A DNA stretch of 33,655 nt. Source: an uncultured Desulfocucumis sp. (GTDB lineage: Bacteria; Bacillota; Desulfotomaculia; Desulfotomaculales; Desulfocucumaceae). The stretch covers positions 1 through 33,655 of the forward strand of contig CBEULQ010000001.1 in the NCBI GenBank assembly GCA_965543975.1, read 5' to 3'. Every line of letters begins with the position of its first letter. Position 1 is the first letter of the stretch. Of the stretch, positions 33,244 through 33,655 are shown piece by piece. The notes beneath the pieces were generated by a model. The model saw only the letters and a program-made list of their open reading frames with translations, was not told the DNA's origin and did no database searches. The translations under genes were made by a program, and so were the position numbers.

Positions 33244-33278
33244 AAAGCAAGGTGCTGGTTATACCAAGACCTCGCTTT
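33244..33278 (-). promoter_or_regulatory. Terminator-like hairpin in the rpoB 5' leader
   Basis: mRNA AAAGCGAGGU-CU-UGG-UAUAA-CCA-GC-ACCUUGCUUU followed by UCGUUGUUU. Confidence 0.5.
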
Positions 33279-33398
33279 CTTCCACAAGAACGTTATATCC
33301 AGAATATTATTCCCCAAAATACACCACCGGATACATTAATATTTTCCTTGCGAATAATATTTTGGTTAATATAGTAAATATAGAATAGACATTTTTTA

Positions 33399-33427
33399 AT
33401 GTTAGCAAATGGTTTGCCTTTTGTCAA
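33399..33427 (-). promoter_or_regulatory. sigmaA promoter of rpoBC
   Basis: TTGACA - 17 bp - TAACAT with an extended -10 TG and AT-rich upstream sequence. Confidence 0.75.
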
Positions 33428-33525
33428 GTGCTCAATGCATTTTTATAAAAAATTTTATTATCTATAAAAGTGTTATTATTAATTCTGTGTCCCACTGGAG
33501 CCGTCTTAAGGCGGCATAAGAGTTT

Positions 33526-33570
33526 AAAAAGTATAAACAGGGCCGTTCCCGGAGGAAAAGCCCTGTTTAT
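33526..33570 (-). terminator. Intrinsic terminator after rplL
   Basis: 11-bp inverted repeat ataaacagggc (33533-33543) / gccctgtttat (33560-33570); mRNA ends ...CCCUGUUUAUACUUUUU. Confidence 0.8.
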
Positions 33571-33591
33571 TAAGTACACTTTATTAAAGAA

Positions 33592-33655
33592 CTACTTAAT
33601 TTCAACAGTTGCGCCCTGTTCTTCCAGTTTGGCTTTAATGGTGTGTGCTTCGTCC
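33592..33655 (-). CDS. rplL: 50S ribosomal protein L7/L12, C-terminal end (5'-truncated by the window edge)
   Basis: Hand translation ...DEAHTIKAKLEEQGATVEIK*; usual position upstream of rpoB. Confidence 0.93.
   Translation of the reverse strand, partial: DEAHTIKAKLEEQGATVEIK

Noticed and set aside
33222-33591. No methyltransferase gene (ybxB) between rplL and rpoB
   Set aside because: That gene is typical of Bacilli; direct rplL-rpoB adjacency is ordinary in Clostridia.

Overview
Core translation/transcription supercluster of a spore-forming Firmicute (Clostridia; the protein sequences look Peptococcaceae/Desulfotomaculum-Pelotomaculum-like, which is an inference). Every supported gene is on the minus strand. 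In transcription order: rplL (3' end) - rpoB - rpoC - L7Ae/ybxF - rpsL - rpsG - fusA - tuf - S10 cluster (rpsJ..rpsQ) - spc cluster (rplN..secY) - map - KOW protein - infA - rpmJ - rpsM - rpsK - rpsD - rpoA - rplQ - ecfA1 - ecfA2 - ecfT - truA - rplM - rpsI - cwlD (5' part). rpmD, rpmJ, rplL and cwlD are not in the ORF track and were translated by hand; several start codons were moved to match Shine-Dalgarno (SD) sites. I see no new protein-coding system. The unusual signal is non-coding: (i) a ~160-bp palindromic miniature element with an ERIC-like core, a 30-bp perfect direct repeat and a collapsed second copy between rpsS and rplV; (ii) a dispersed REP-like inverted repeat family (GGGGACAYWCCT) in up to four spacers; (iii) many spacers of about 75-230 nt that fold into hairpins or multibranch RNAs ending just before the next SD; (iv) clean absence of adk between secY and map; (v) a Cys4 insert in EF-Tu. 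All RNA structures were paired by eye, not computed.
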